The notes beneath the pieces are model-generated. The model saw only the letters and a list, made by a program, of their open reading frames with translations, made no database searches and was not told the origin of the DNA. DNA of 54,435 nt, the filler included, from Bipalium vagum (lineage: Eukaryota): the NCBI GenBank assembly GCA_037834085.1. It is 3 parts of 3 records of this genome, joined end to end, with 100 filler letters (N's around TTAATTAATTAA, not from the genome) between each part and the next. Parts side by side here need not be neighbours in the genome. Positions count along the whole stretch, not along the records: positions 1 to 15,585 come from JBBMKC010158219.1; positions 15,686 to 37,612 come from JBBMKC010229304.1; 1 more part is not named here. One strand, written 5' to 3'. Of this stretch, positions 12,791 to 25,154 are shown one piece after another. Every line of letters begins with the position of its first letter. Position 1 is the first letter of the stretch. Made by a program: the position numbers and the translations under genes.

Positions 12791-13199
12791 CTCAAAAGGG
12801 AGCAGTCAAAAATTCCCAAAAATTATATCTAATCATATTAAGTTTAAGCAAATTTAAAATGTCTAGCTTGTAAAATTTATAAATCTTATTTCAATATTTT
12901 TATTTCTGTTCATTTTTTTATGTTATTAAAAAATATATATAAATGGTTACATTTTTCGTTTTCATTTCTATTTCACTTGACTGATAATATTTTTTTGTTT
13001 ATTTTTGAATAAATCATTAATTATGTAAATATTCCGTAAATGTAATTTTCCTCTGCTTTCCTTCTCTCAGAATATGAGCTCAAATAATTCGGATCAAAAC
13101 GTCAATCAATATTGTTTTAATATTAACCTTATTAATAAGATTAATCGAAAAGCAGAAAACACATAAGGAAACTTTTTAAATAAAATTTAAGAAAATTGA

Positions 13200-13560
13200 C
13201 TCAGCTCCAATTCGTATATATGCTTGGAATCTTATGACCAAACCGCCATACTCATCTGACCTTGCCCCCTCGGATTACCATTTATTCCTATCCTAATTAT
13301 TTTATAAATTCATTAAGCCAATTAACATTATCCGATAGGAAGCTTAATCTATTCGGAGCCATCACGACATTTGAATGAATTCTTCGCCAATAAGACTACG
13401 GATTTCTATCAGAGAGGGATTTTTCAGCTACCAGACCAATGAAGAAAAGCAAAAACACAGAATGGAGAATATTTTTGTTACATAAAATTGTTAAAAACTG
13501 TTGAATGTTTTTCTTCGATTTTCTTGGTCAAAATCCACAAGAATTCCTGGATGATGTAAT
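13200..13560 (+). mobile_element. Mariner 3' fragment
   Basis: PPYSSDLAPSDYHLFLS and FFANKTTDFYQRGIFQLPDQ*RK...NGEYF, ending in a TIR-like sequence and TA repeats. Confidence 0.88.
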
Positions 13561-14559
13561 ATATATATATATTAAAAATTTTGGATTATGTTTATTTATT
13601 GACCGAAATGACTTTCGTGTATTATTTTTGACTGACTCGGTCAAAAAAACATGATCCAAAGTTTTTTATTATACCATTTATAAAAATCCCAACTCAGCCA
13701 TATTTGATTACTTTTGTCCAGTCTAATCCATTTAATATTTTCATATTAACTTTCTTTTTTGATGACTTCTGCTAATATCAATTCTCCGTGTCTGATAGTA
13801 TAAATAAAACGAACTGTCTATTTCTGATGATTACAGATTTCAATTATTGATAACTGAATTATTTTCTATGCCAATTATCAACGCAAATTATCTTTGCTGT
13901 CTCAATTCCAATGTTAAATGAAGAACGGTCCGAAAGGATTCTTTCGTGGAAATATGGGCTTCTTAAAAGTTTACTATTTTACATTCATATTAATAATCAT
14001 TATCTGAAATTTTGACTTTGATTTTTCTCTGTAAATAATAAAAGAATCAGTTATTGTCCCTGGTGAAGTAATTAGTCAAATAATTCCACATCTTAACTGA
14101 TTCTGACAAACAAACAAATTCCTTAGAAGACATTTTAAGTACTTATCCAGATACTCTGAGACCGTGGAGATGTCAACTAATTTATAAAAAAAATATCGAA
14201 AATTAACGTTGCATTTTAAAAGATTTAAATTTTGTTTATATTATATAATATGATGCAAAAATTAAAATTGTTTTAATGATAGTATACGTAAAATTAGCAT
14301 GAGTTTTATCCACTGAATTTGCAGACCAATATCAGAGGTAAGATCACAGGTAATAGATTCAGTTTTAGAAAAATAATCTTGTCAATCTAGAGTGTCCAAA
14401 ATAATTTCAAAATAAATATTATGTCTACGAGTTGAAAAAGTGTCTATTTTTTCTTAACTATTACGAATCGAAAGATTGATAAAATAAATATACTATACAA
14501 AAATATATGTATACAAGATACAACTACAAATTATTCTGTGAAATAATCTCTATAATTCT

Positions 14560-14640
14560 CGATGCATTTTAACCATTTTTCAGGCGGATTCAGGTCTGGA
14601 AAAAAGATGACGACTTTCAATTGATATAATTGTAATGTCT
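14560..14640 (-). mobile_element. Short Tc1-like transposase relic
   Basis: PDLNPPEKW resembles SPDLNPIENxW. Confidence 0.35.
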
Positions 14641-15089
14641 GCTGAAACTCAAAGATAATACAAATCATAAACTAATAATAATAATATTATTATTATCATT
14701 ATTATTACTATTAATTATTATTATTATTCAACTGGTATCAAAACTATTTCTTATTTATTGGTGATTATTTATATCTTGGTTAATAAATCAATTTTCTCAG
14801 TAATTCTTTAAGTTAGTTTTCAGAGTATTATTCAACTGAGATATTCAGTTTATATATACTTCAACTTTTTCAATTAGCAAGTATTTAAAATAATATGGAC
14901 TTTATATTTGGAAAATTCTTTAAGGTTGTAAAACATCTGATTTCACCAGGTTTCATTTTCTTTTCAAAAACAGATTAAATAACGGTAGACTATTTATTGT
15001 GTCCATTTAAAAAGCTTAAACCTCTTTATGATTCGGTAACTTGAGACGTGTCTTTTTGTTTGAATCATATAATCAATGTTAAAAAAAAG

Positions 15090-15450
15090 CAGCATACAGA
15101 GATACATTTTCTAAACGCGGAAGGTAAAGAAGTTGCATTCCTTTCAGATTTACAAATAGATTTAAAAATTAAGTCTATCAGTCTATTTGACTGTTTATCT
15201 GAAATGTCTACGGAAGATTAATATTCTTTACTAGGCAAGACGCTGCAGCTGCACGATAATGTTTATTCAAGTAACCCAATGTGTTCGTATAACATTTAAG
15301 AAATATTTATACATTCAGCCAACAGAATCGACAGTTGAGAAAGTTATCGTACAAGATAGACAGAGTGCACAAATCATATTTACTCTGTCAACGCATTTCA
15401 AGTTTATTTAAAATAAATCAATACCGAAAACTAAAAAATCAAGAACCTTT
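15090..15450 (+). mobile_element. Possible hAT transposase relic
   Basis: HTEIHFL...VAFLSDL and SYLLCQRISSLFKINQYRKL loosely resemble HTEVRWL, AYLxDIF and the hATC STYLCExxFSxLxxIKxKYR motif. Confidence 0.4.
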
Positions 15451-15510
15451 ACATTTTACAATCCAAAGTCAGGTGGTATTGAACGTACATAATAATAGAA
15501 GGATATTATA

Positions 15511-15540
15511 CAGTTGAGTCTCGATATAACGAACCTGTGT
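15511..15540 (+). mobile_element. pogo/Tigger-like TIR running toward the gap
   Basis: TA|CAGTTGAGTCTCGATATAACGAAC resembles Tigger-type termini. Confidence 0.55.
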
Positions 15541-15585
15541 GAAACAAATGGTTGGCCACACATCATATATATACAAATTAAACTT

Positions 15586-15685
15586 NNNNNNNNNNNNNNN
15601 NNNNNNNNNNNNNNNNNNNNNNNNNNNNNTTAATTAATTAANNNNNNNNNNNNNNNNNNNNNNNNNNNNNNNNNNNNNNNNNNNN
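15586..15685. other. Assembly gap with TTAATTAATTAA linker
   Basis: 100-nt N block with a central 12-mer, identical to the block at 37613-37712. Confidence 0.97.
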
Positions 15686-15809
15686 CACAATAAAGAGTTT
15701 TAATCAAGGTTCGGGAGTTTTTATGGATAGTTCACAATAAAGAGTTTTAATCAAGGTTCGGGAGTTTTTATGGATAGTTCACAATAAAGAGTTTTAATCG
15801 AGGTTCGGG
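15686..15809. repeat. 47-bp tandem repeat (about 2.6 visible copies, truncated by the gap)
   Basis: Unit CACAATAAAGAGTTTTAATCAAGGTTCGGGAGTTTTTATGGATAGTT starts at 15686 and 15733, with a partial copy at 15780. Confidence 0.95.
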
Positions 15810-15884
15810 TTCGGGCGATTTGATGTACTTGGCCCTGCTTGAGCCGGATGATCACCAGGCCTCGTTGATCGTAGTCTCCACATT

Positions 15885-16171
15885 AAAATCAATTATTTGT
15901 TTATTACAATGAATTATTTTAAATTTTATTTCACAAATATTTCTTGTAATTATTTTTAAATTTGGTCTCTATATTATTATTATATATACTTTTGTGACAG
16001 TATTTGATGGAAAATCAAAAATAATATTTGTTTGTTTATCATCAAATTAATCAACTTATTTAATATACAATCAATCATAATTCTGTTTATATTTGAAATG
16101 TCAACTGATTTTAAATAATGTATTCCTTCTTGATAATGTTTTGTAGTTTGAAATCTTAAGGGAGAAGCCAA
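15885..16171 (-). mobile_element. Fragment resembling a Polinton/adintovirus minor capsid (penton) gene, frameshifted
   Basis: LRFQTTKHYQEGIHYLKSVDISNINRIMIDC, then in another frame DDKQTNIIFDFPSNTVTKVYIII*RP, and later IIDFN. This resembles recalled penton C-terminal motifs (VDIxxVNxIxIHC...NGKxSNILxxFP...GYKIIERP...IDFxGE). Confidence 0.6.
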
Positions 16172-16409
16172 TAAAGTTCAGGAGGAAAAAAATCTGTACA
16201 TTCTTTTGATATTTTCATTAAATCTAAAAGTATTTAAAAATAAATAAACTTTAATAATATTTAAATGATTATTTTTCTAAAAAAATGTATATTAATGTCT
16301 CGTGGTTAGGAGAAATATAATAAAAAGTAATAACTTAATTAATAAAAAAATACAAAGATAAAAAAGTAAGGAAGATGTTTTATAATTTTATTCAAATAAC
16401 AATCACGAG

Positions 16410-16680
16410 GTTGAATGGAAAACATAAATGCCTTTCATTTCTTACTGAGGCTATCCAAGGCTTCAAAACTGTTTTCATAACTTCTTATGAGAATAAGTGA
16501 GGAGATATCACATGTTCTTTGCAGCTTACTACTCGTAAAACCATGACTGATGCCGAAAATTTTTTGGTATGGTTGTTGGCATTTCAGATGAGTCTTTACA
16601 TAACCATCGATCATTTCTTCTGTCAACCTTGTGATCTTGGTGAACGTTTTATCATTGTTGAGGAGCTCAGTGCAACTTTT
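16410..16680 (-). mobile_element. maT (DD37D-like) transposase fragment
   Basis: DKTFT, DHKVDRRNDRWLCKD and FSASVMVLRVVSCKEHVISPHLF...VLKPWI. Confidence 0.75.
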
Positions 16681-17131
16681 TAATTTTTTTCATTGAAATT
16701 TTAGATGCTTGAGTAAATGCATAGTGAAAAAATTTTTCCTCGACAGATCTGGAAGTTTTTCACGAATATAATGGAACAGTCATAATATAACCCAGTTAAC
16801 GTTAAACTCAATCCAAGAAAATAAAACCCTAGCATCCTAAAAAAAGTTTGCCATAATTTTTCCTATCGAGAGAACCGTTTTCGCATTATTGAGAGCTGGT
16901 TCACCCTTTTCTTTCCATTGCATTGATTGAATTTTGGTTTCCTGTATACAATAGTAGTATGTAAACTACTAATTGCGATCAGCACCCAAGTCAAAATGAC
17001 GAATAAATCAAATTCGATTTTGATTTTTTAAATTTTATGAATAACGAATACTATAATATTGAATACCGAATATCGAACATTGAATACCAACATAACTATT
17101 CATTTTTCGACTACTAACACCCATAAATTTA

Positions 17132-18098
17132 TTGGGTTGTTCCATAATTACTTAACGTTTTTGTTTTTGATTTAACAATCCAAAACCTGTATCTTATTGG
17201 TTAATATATTTGATCATTATAGAAAATATAGACAGTCAATAGTAAATTTATTTAAAATAATCTATAAATAGTTAATATATACTTATTTTTAGATTTATAA
17301 AATGGATTATTCCGGTGAAAAAATGAACATTTCCTTGTCTATCATAGAGGCCAAAATTCTGCTGAAGCCACTCGGAGATTTGCATGGTGTACGGAGATGG
17401 TGCCGTTTCTGAATCCACTGCTAAGAAATGATACGCAAATTCTAAAATATATTGGAAATTTAGACTGGATTCGTTGTCATTAGGATTTCGGTGAGAAGCG
17501 CTTTAATGCACTTTTAGAGGAGGATGGTCATCAAACATGCCCAGAAATAGCTGGCATTATGCACTGCGGCATAGCAAAAATATCCCGCCATCTTAAATCC
17601 ATAGGTTTCTACCAAAATATGCGTTCATGAGTGTATCAAAAATTCACTGCAAAAAATTATCAAAGGTGGGTCGAGATCTCCTCTCAGCATCTTGATCGCC
17701 ATCGATCGACCCTGGATCACAAACAACAAATGTTGTATAGATGTAAAATGGTGCCTTTATGTTAACTTGAAACAAAGGAATGGATCGCACTGGTAAACAC
17801 GCCAAAGCAACGGGTGAAACAAGATCTGCATCGAGGAAAGATAATGGTTTGTGTTTAGTGGTACTGTGGAACTTTGTACTGGGATACGCTCAAGAACAAT
17901 CAAACTTTCAACAAGAATCACTATGTGGCCCAGCTGCACCGTCTAAATCCATCTGAAAAGACCAAATCAAAAAGGTCGAGTAATTCTGCTTCATGACAAC
18001 GCACCACCTCACGTGGTAAAAATCGTCAAGGCCACCCTCAAAGAGCTTGACTAGCATGTTCTCCGTACTCCCCAGATCTTGGTCCTACCGACTATCTG
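17132..18098 (+). mobile_element. Degenerate mariner (DD34D), lacking its 3' end
   Basis: Left TIR-like TTGGGTTGTTCCATAATTAC. Pieces YGDGAVSESTAKK*Y, KWCLYVNLKQR, KIMVCV*W, ILLHDNAPPHV and PYSPDLGPTDY. Confidence 0.9.
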
Positions 18099-18688
18099 TG
18101 GGAAGGAGTAAGTTGCAATTTCTGTTCTTCTTTTTTATATTTACAATCATTCTTCCTTAACCAATTATTTAGAGTTATTCTTTAAACATCTAAATTGGTC
18201 TCTTAAAATTTCATTTGAAGCAACTTTGACACCTGGTGAATTTTCATTGCTTATAAATCTTTTTAACATTAGGGATTACTGTTATTTAAATATTTTCGGC
18301 CCCCTTTTCTTCTTTTTTTAATTTTGTAATTAATAATACTTTGTACTGCTGCCCTGGTCATTTTACATTTCCTTGCTACTGAGCCATATGGTTCTCCTAG
18401 ATTTCGCAAATTATTAATTATTAGCTTGACTTCTTTCAAATGCATAATATCGATTCCTGTAAAAGATAGTATTATAAAAAATAATTAAGTGTATGAAAAC
18501 TTTTTACCTTATATTATAATTCAAAAATGTATAATTTGCATTTAATATATAAAAAAGTTAATTAATACTTTTTATCGTTAACTTTATAATTCATAATTCA
18601 TTACAATATTAATAATTACCTTTAAATAATGTGTGATTTAAGAAATATTGGAAAACATATTAGTGTATGAAAAAATATTTCCACCACT
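18099..18688 (-). mobile_element. Tc1-like element, 5' end with IR/DR-type terminus
   Basis: Terminus TAGTGGTGGAAATATTTTTTCATACAC with an internal repeat of TTTTCATACAC near 18490. HTH-like MHLKEVKLIINNLRNLGEPYGSVARKCKMTRAAVQSII...GGRK. Confidence 0.7.
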
Positions 18689-18829
18689 ATATTACTAGAG
18701 TAATAAAAATACTAATGAAAAAATAAAGTAAAAATATCCAAATTTTTTATAAAAACTAGAAACGACATCAAATCAATTATTACAAATAATACATTTTGAA
18801 AAAAATTTCAATAGTTAAATATCCAGGAA

Positions 18830-19200
18830 TTTTGACATTTAAAATCCCTAAACCCTTTTAGTGAATGTTAAACCAATGCTGTGCAGCAATTTATTGGAGC
18901 AGAAACAAATAATAATAAAAGATTAGAAAAATATAATGAAATAGTAAAAAATTTTAAAGAAAATTAAGATTTATCAATTCTTTCAATTCCAAAATCTGAT
19001 TTCATTTCAATAAACAGAATTGATCAAGTAGTAATGAAGCATAATGAAAAATATATGTCAACAGATTTACAAGATCACCATATTTCTAATGTTGAAATGA
19101 TACATAAAATGAACAATATTAAAAATCCAACTCCAAGAGAAAACTTTAAAGAGCTTTAGGAAAATTAATCATAAAAGGATTATAAAAAGCAAGTAAAATT
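18830..19200 (+). mobile_element. Degenerate PLA2-like gene of the Polinton/adintovirus or parvovirus VP1u type
   Basis: QFIGAETNNNKRLEKY...INRIDQVVMKHNEKYMSTDLQDHHISNVEMIHKMNNIKNPTPRE resembles Y(C/L)GPGTxLxxRL...INxVDxAAxxHDxxY...RHxADxxM...NPTxRE. It has in-frame stops. Confidence 0.6.
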
Positions 19201-21787
19201 ATTTAAAAGACTTATTATTTATTATCTTTCTTAAATATATGATATATATTTTCTAAAGTATTAAAAAAATGTATATAGTAACGAAAAATATGTTTTCTAA
19301 TTTATATTATTTTTTATTTCCTTAACTATAGGTTTTTTAACACAATATTTTAGTCATCTAGGGTAATATGATCTAATTTAATTTATGTTATATAATAAAT
19401 TTAACAGAAACATAGTAAGTATAAATAAAAAATATTTATAAATTTATTATACGTAAATATTACTCTAAAAATTTTACCATTTGAGCCCTTTCATCTTATT
19501 CGTATTTTCATTTCAAAATTATCGAGAACATGATGGTTCTCTATCACAATATATAATATTATTTTTATCATTATTCAATTATTATTTACAATGCATTTCC
19601 TTTTTATAATATAATACAAAAAAGACAAAACTTTTGTTACGAAACAATTTAGTACTTTTCTACCACCAGAGTGACCACATAGAGATAAAGACATTGGTCG
19701 CCTCTTCCTTAGATGGGTCGGGCTAGGTTCATAGTTTCTGATAATATTCGAAGATTAAAATTTGGTATCAATAGCCAAGTGGTTTTCAACAACTCGGCCT
19801 GCACATTCGAGTGTACTTTACTTACCGATCAGTCAGCCAACTCGAATAAAATGAGTACACTGAGTACACTCAGTGCACATGACTTCCCGGTGTTTAAAAT
19901 TAAATTGAGAAGCTGAAAAATATAAATATAAATTGTAGGAAATATAAAAATGCAATATGTTTTTAGGCCTGTTTTTTTTCATTAAAAAAGTAAAAATTGG
20001 GCATTCTTTGTGTGACATATATGAGAAAATCTTTTTTCACCTCAAAAGTTTAAGCTTTTGTCAGATGTTAAGTTTATTAAGTGCAATTGAGACTGAAAAT
20101 TATTTTTCCATTTTTCTACTTGAATTGTACCATATTTTATATTTTCTTTAATTATAAAATGTTTGACATTAAAATGCCGTTCATCAATTTAAAAGATTGT
20201 CAATCAAAACTTTTCCTATTAAAACTCCGACCGGCTTTCTTCTCTGGTATATTATGTGATTTTCCAACGATCTTTAATTTTCATCAAATTTAAATTAATT
20301 CTTTGGCTTTGTTCCACTGATACTTAAATTGGAAACTTTGGGGATTTTAATTTTTAATTTTCATTATATACTAAAATTGATGGAACAATGAAGATAGTAT
20401 TTCGCTTAAGGGTTTAGTGGTATAGATCTTATTTTCATAGTTTTTAAAAAAAGAAAATTATCTAGATATTATCGAAAACTTTTTTGTTCTTTATTATTCT
20501 GCATAATTTGATACATTTACTTAATTAATCAATTATCGATTAATCAATTATCAATTAATCAATGTACCTTAAGAAGAAAAATTAATAAATAATAAATAAA
20601 AAAATTATAATTACATTAAATTAATTTATTCAATATTAATGTTGTTTAATCGGTAAAAATAATTAAATCCCTGTTGACAATCATCGAAAGTCTTAATAAT
20701 AAAACGACACATATTTTCTTTTCTTAAATATTGTTTTTTCCTTGTAGTTTTTCCACGAATCGAAATCTATTTAATTTCTTCAAAAATTTTTTTATTTAAT
20801 GAATAAATTTATTTTTGTTTATTTAAAACAAAATAATATTTATTTATTGTTCCGAGAACTTTTAACCAACAATGAAAGAGGAAAAAATAATTGTTGTCAT
20901 CATTATTTTATTAAAGACAGCCAAAATGACAGGAGAACATATTAACATAAAAGGAATAAAATATCCCTTGTTGACAGTCAAATGATTGAAACAACTGTAA
21001 TATCCAATGATCAACTGATCCCCGAAAGTGAATGAGAAATAATTGATGTTAATTATAAATTGACTTGTATCTTTAACATTAAGCCTGTCAGAAATCTACT
21101 ATTAACTTATGTACAGATTCTTTGAATAGTTGTCAAATAAAAATAAAGACGTCGTTGGCCATCTTATTAGGATCAATTAGGAAGTAATTAAATAAAGTGT
21201 TAAAGACAACAGTATTAAACCCAGTTCATCGCATTTTTCATGGGCTGAAGCGATTCGTTCACAGAGATCAATTTCCAATCTACTGGCCAGACCTACAGCT
21301 ACATGGGGTTATTTTGGTTAAATTGAAACGTTTGATCCTCTTTCTCTGCGGCAAAATGTGGGAATTACGAATAATGGATATCGAATTAAATACAGATGGT
21401 GAATTAAATAGTAAAATGTGCTTGTGATATGCATCAATTTGACGTTTTTGTGCAGTCTAACTTTTCGATGTGTTGATGGAATAATGTAATTAAAAAAGTA
21501 TTATTCATTTATGGAAAACCGGTTTCAATTATAAACATAAAAAAATGATAATCATTTTTCCAATAAATTGTCTGCAGATTTCTTCTTTGAAGAAACAGGT
21601 CTTCGCATTAGAGAAAATATAATAATAAATTTCTGTCACACTTCTTTTCAAGCAATACAGACAGTTTTCGGGAAATATTTAATAAAAGATTTTAATTTCA
21701 TTTCATATTTGATATTATTTACAAAAATGTAATTTTAGTCTTTCATCTCAATTATTCTTTATTATTACAGAGGAAAAATATTGTAAT

Positions 21788-21806
21788 TAATTAGTTAAGA
21801 CTACTG

Positions 21807-21844
<38 letters not shown>
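21788..21844. repeat. (AAT)n microsatellite
   Basis: Read directly; the run occupies about 21807-21844. Confidence 0.85.
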
Positions 21845-21845
<1 letters not shown>

Positions 21846-24189
21846 TAAATAATATAAAAAAGCAACAAAAGTAACTTCGCTTAAATTAATATAATGAATA
21901 TGTATCATAAAAAAATTATAGAAAAATATGCATTTATTTTTCAATTATCACAAGTCGAAATAAATAAGTTTGATCATTATATCCATCACTAAATTGTTAG
22001 GTTCGGTGTATTCAGAGTATGTGGAAAAAAATCAACCTTTAAATAAATAAATAATCTTTTTAGTATGAATCATAATAGTATTATTTTCAATTAATAAATA
22101 TCTCATATCAACTCCGCGTGATAATATTTACCAAAGATCTATCTGGAAAACATTTATCAGACGCGATTTCCATTGGCACTCTGACTATAAGTGGGCGTAT
22201 CCTCATTGAGCTTCATTTTATATTTTTCTTATGGTAATAATTTTATATCAAAGTAGACCTCTTGATTTTCTCTTTAAAAGCCCAGAACCAACATAAAAGA
22301 ATATTTCTATATCTTAACTCATAATTTTTGTAAGACAGTTACAGAATCATGTAATAATAATTCTGAATGAGTACAAAAAGAGAAAGTTTTTTAGCACTTT
22401 CTTTTAGATAAAAAAAAATAAGTTATTATTATGATAATTATTATTACATGTCAGTATTAATATTGTTATTTATTAAAATTAAAATATGATTATGAGAACA
22501 ATAATAAAATAAAATAATTATATATTCAAAAAATATAATTATAACTCGGTTTTTGGATATCAGATAGAATTCTTCGCATAAATTTCGATATGGAACAAAT
22601 CTTACCTAATAAAAGGCAAAGTCTACATCTGACTCATTTTTATTATTTTTTTTATTAAAAGTTTAGTTCAAAGTATCGTAAAAGGTTTTTGTATGTACTA
22701 TTTTTTACGGGCCAGAGATAATTAATTTCCAATTAATAAAATAATTAAGATTAAATTATATTTAAATATCTTTAAAAGTCTTTAAATATCAATTTTGAAA
22801 ATATCACTTTTTTATAAAATAAAAATAAAATTCGCTAAATATGAAAATAGATTTTGAAACTTAAAATACGACAAACAATTTTGTATCAGTAAGGTTTTTC
22901 AGATATCTCTCCAGGACTCACACAAAAGGAGTTTCTTAAAACTTTTATGTTTTCACAAACTTGAAAACATCAAGGGAAGTATTAATAAATGTCAGTGATA
23001 ATGTTAGTAAGATAATAAATATCCTTGTTAAAAATATTTAGATTTTTACCATTGAGAAGAGCCTTTGGTGTTCATGTTTATTATTTTACATTTCTCAAAT
23101 TGAGCGGATATTGAATTTCATTAATTTTATTGATCTTATCATTTCTCTGAAATTGTAGTTTGTTTTATGAAACCATTTCATTTTTTGTTAATCATTTTTA
23201 TTCAAAAGTTCTATCTATTCCATTTTTGATTAATCAATAAACTCCAGTAATTTTTAATGTCAATAAATTCTATTTTGATGTTAGAGTTTCTGGAAATTCA
23301 ACTATGAAATAGACAAAAAATTAAAACACATTTTTTCCTTAATTTTGAATTTATGTGAATTATCCAGGGTCTTTGTGCTAATTAATATGAATTTTCAATG
23401 GTCTAGAATAATAGAAATAGTTGGCTGATAAGTTTTGAAATGGTGCATTCGACCTTCAAGATATCATTTCAATCAACCATGGAAGCTCGATGAGAACTAT
23501 TTCATTTTTCTATTGAAATCAATTGGTTGTGAAAATGTGCAAAATTGATCAAAAAGATGAATGGAAATTTAACATTAATCATTTCCAATCAATACGTTAT
23601 CCTTAAACTGGATGATTGAGAATCACACCAGGTCACCGACAAAAGTATCCAGATTTGAGAGAACTGTGTTTCTAAGTTAATGTAAGCGTGGAATGAATGG
23701 ATATGCTTACACATATAACAAGAAATTAAGCAAATCATCAATCCAAAAAGAATAAGACAAATTGACAGTATGTTAAATGTATCAAAGTTAAAACGATTAA
23801 ATAAGTCAATCTAACAAAGAAAAAAATATTTGTATAGTTGTAATCGTTAATACTAGTACTTTTCTGTTCAGTACTTTACATTCTTATTCTTAAACAATAT
23901 AATTATAATTTTCACCAAATAATTTTTATATTTATAAGATCTAACTTAACATTATTTTCATCATTTAATGATCTTGATTTGCCTAATTGCAGTTGAAAGA
24001 GAATTTGAATTTGCATAATAACATCGAATGATGTCAATTTTCAAATCGAGATTCATATGTATATCTGTCATTTTTAAAAAATATATCAATGAATTTAATA
24101 TAAATTTTTAAATCTAAATAAAATATAGTTTACTAAAAAATTGATAGGCAAAGCAACTCTTCTTGATTTTGGAACAACCTATATAATTA

Positions 24190-25154
24190 CAGGTTAATCC
24201 GGATATTACGAAACCTTTATTTCCACAAAATTTATCATACAATGAAAATAATTATTCATTTAGTATTTTATTCATTTTCAAAATATCAATCCATGGTTGT
24301 TTGATTAAAAAGATGGTACAAATTCTTGTGATGACAGAATGAAATTTATCTATAGATTGAAAATCAGAATATTTAAGGAAAATCAATCGGACCTGTTTGT
24401 GGAAATTGATAGTTTCTAATGGATTTGGGGCAATCTCGACCTCACCACGAACGTCTTGTTTTGTAATCTGCTCATTTTTCTCTAGTTAGAGAAAGTTCCA
24501 AGTCCCATTTTCGGAATTTGTTACCATAATAAATCAGTTCACTGGTTATTACATTCTCATCGACACTGATGAGAACACATCAATGCTCAATGTATTTTGC
24601 ACGTTGTACAGACCACAATTATTCTCTACAATGTTGTGTTGATAGTGATATGTGGGTAGAACTAGAAATCGTTTTAGATAGCGTAAACATGACGAGAACA
24701 AGCAATTAACAATTTTGTTAATATAAACACTTGTCCAAGCTTTAGAGAGTCAGTTAAATGATTGAAGAAGGAAGGTTAGAAATAAATAACCTGAATAATT
24801 TTCAATTTTTCAGCATTCATTATATCATTTAACTTTCCTGAAATTATTTGTTGGAATAATTAAGATAAAAAACAAAAGCAAAATTAATTTTAAATATGAA
24901 AATATCACCTAATTTAAACAATATAAAAATATGAAAATCTAAACAATTTTAATTTTTGTTTTAAATATTTATGTATTTATTAAAGTTTGTAATATCCGTC
25001 ATATAATACTTATGTTATTTTCATGTGCAACAAAAATATTCCTAATACCCGATTTCGAAATAACGGGATGAAATAATATGTAACTCTTCGCCCAGGCGCT
25101 ATTTCCAATAATTTTGTTCGTAATAGCCAATTTTGTAATACGCGGACTAAGCTA
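24190..25154. mobile_element. pogo/Tigger-like non-autonomous element
   Basis: Imperfect TIRs: CAGGTTAATCCGGATATTACGAAA at the left, and TAGCTTAGTCCGCGTATTACAAAA as the reverse complement of the right end. TA precedes the left end. Confidence 0.6.

Noticed and set aside
15630-15641. TTAATTAATTAA inside N runs (also 37657-37668)
   Set aside because: Artificial six-frame-stop scaffolding linker, not biological.
15686-15809. 47-bp repeats as a CRISPR-like array
   Set aside because: Head-to-tail identical units with no unique spacers, no cas genes and a eukaryotic context.
18846-18856. CCCTAAACCCT as a telomeric or template motif
   Set aside because: About 1.5 units only; compatible with chance and lies within the PLA2-like relic.
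19826-19912. Minus-strand AG...GTAAGT segment containing TGKS as the CNPase Walker A exon
   Set aside because: Lacks GxxxxGK and has an in-frame stop before the donor.
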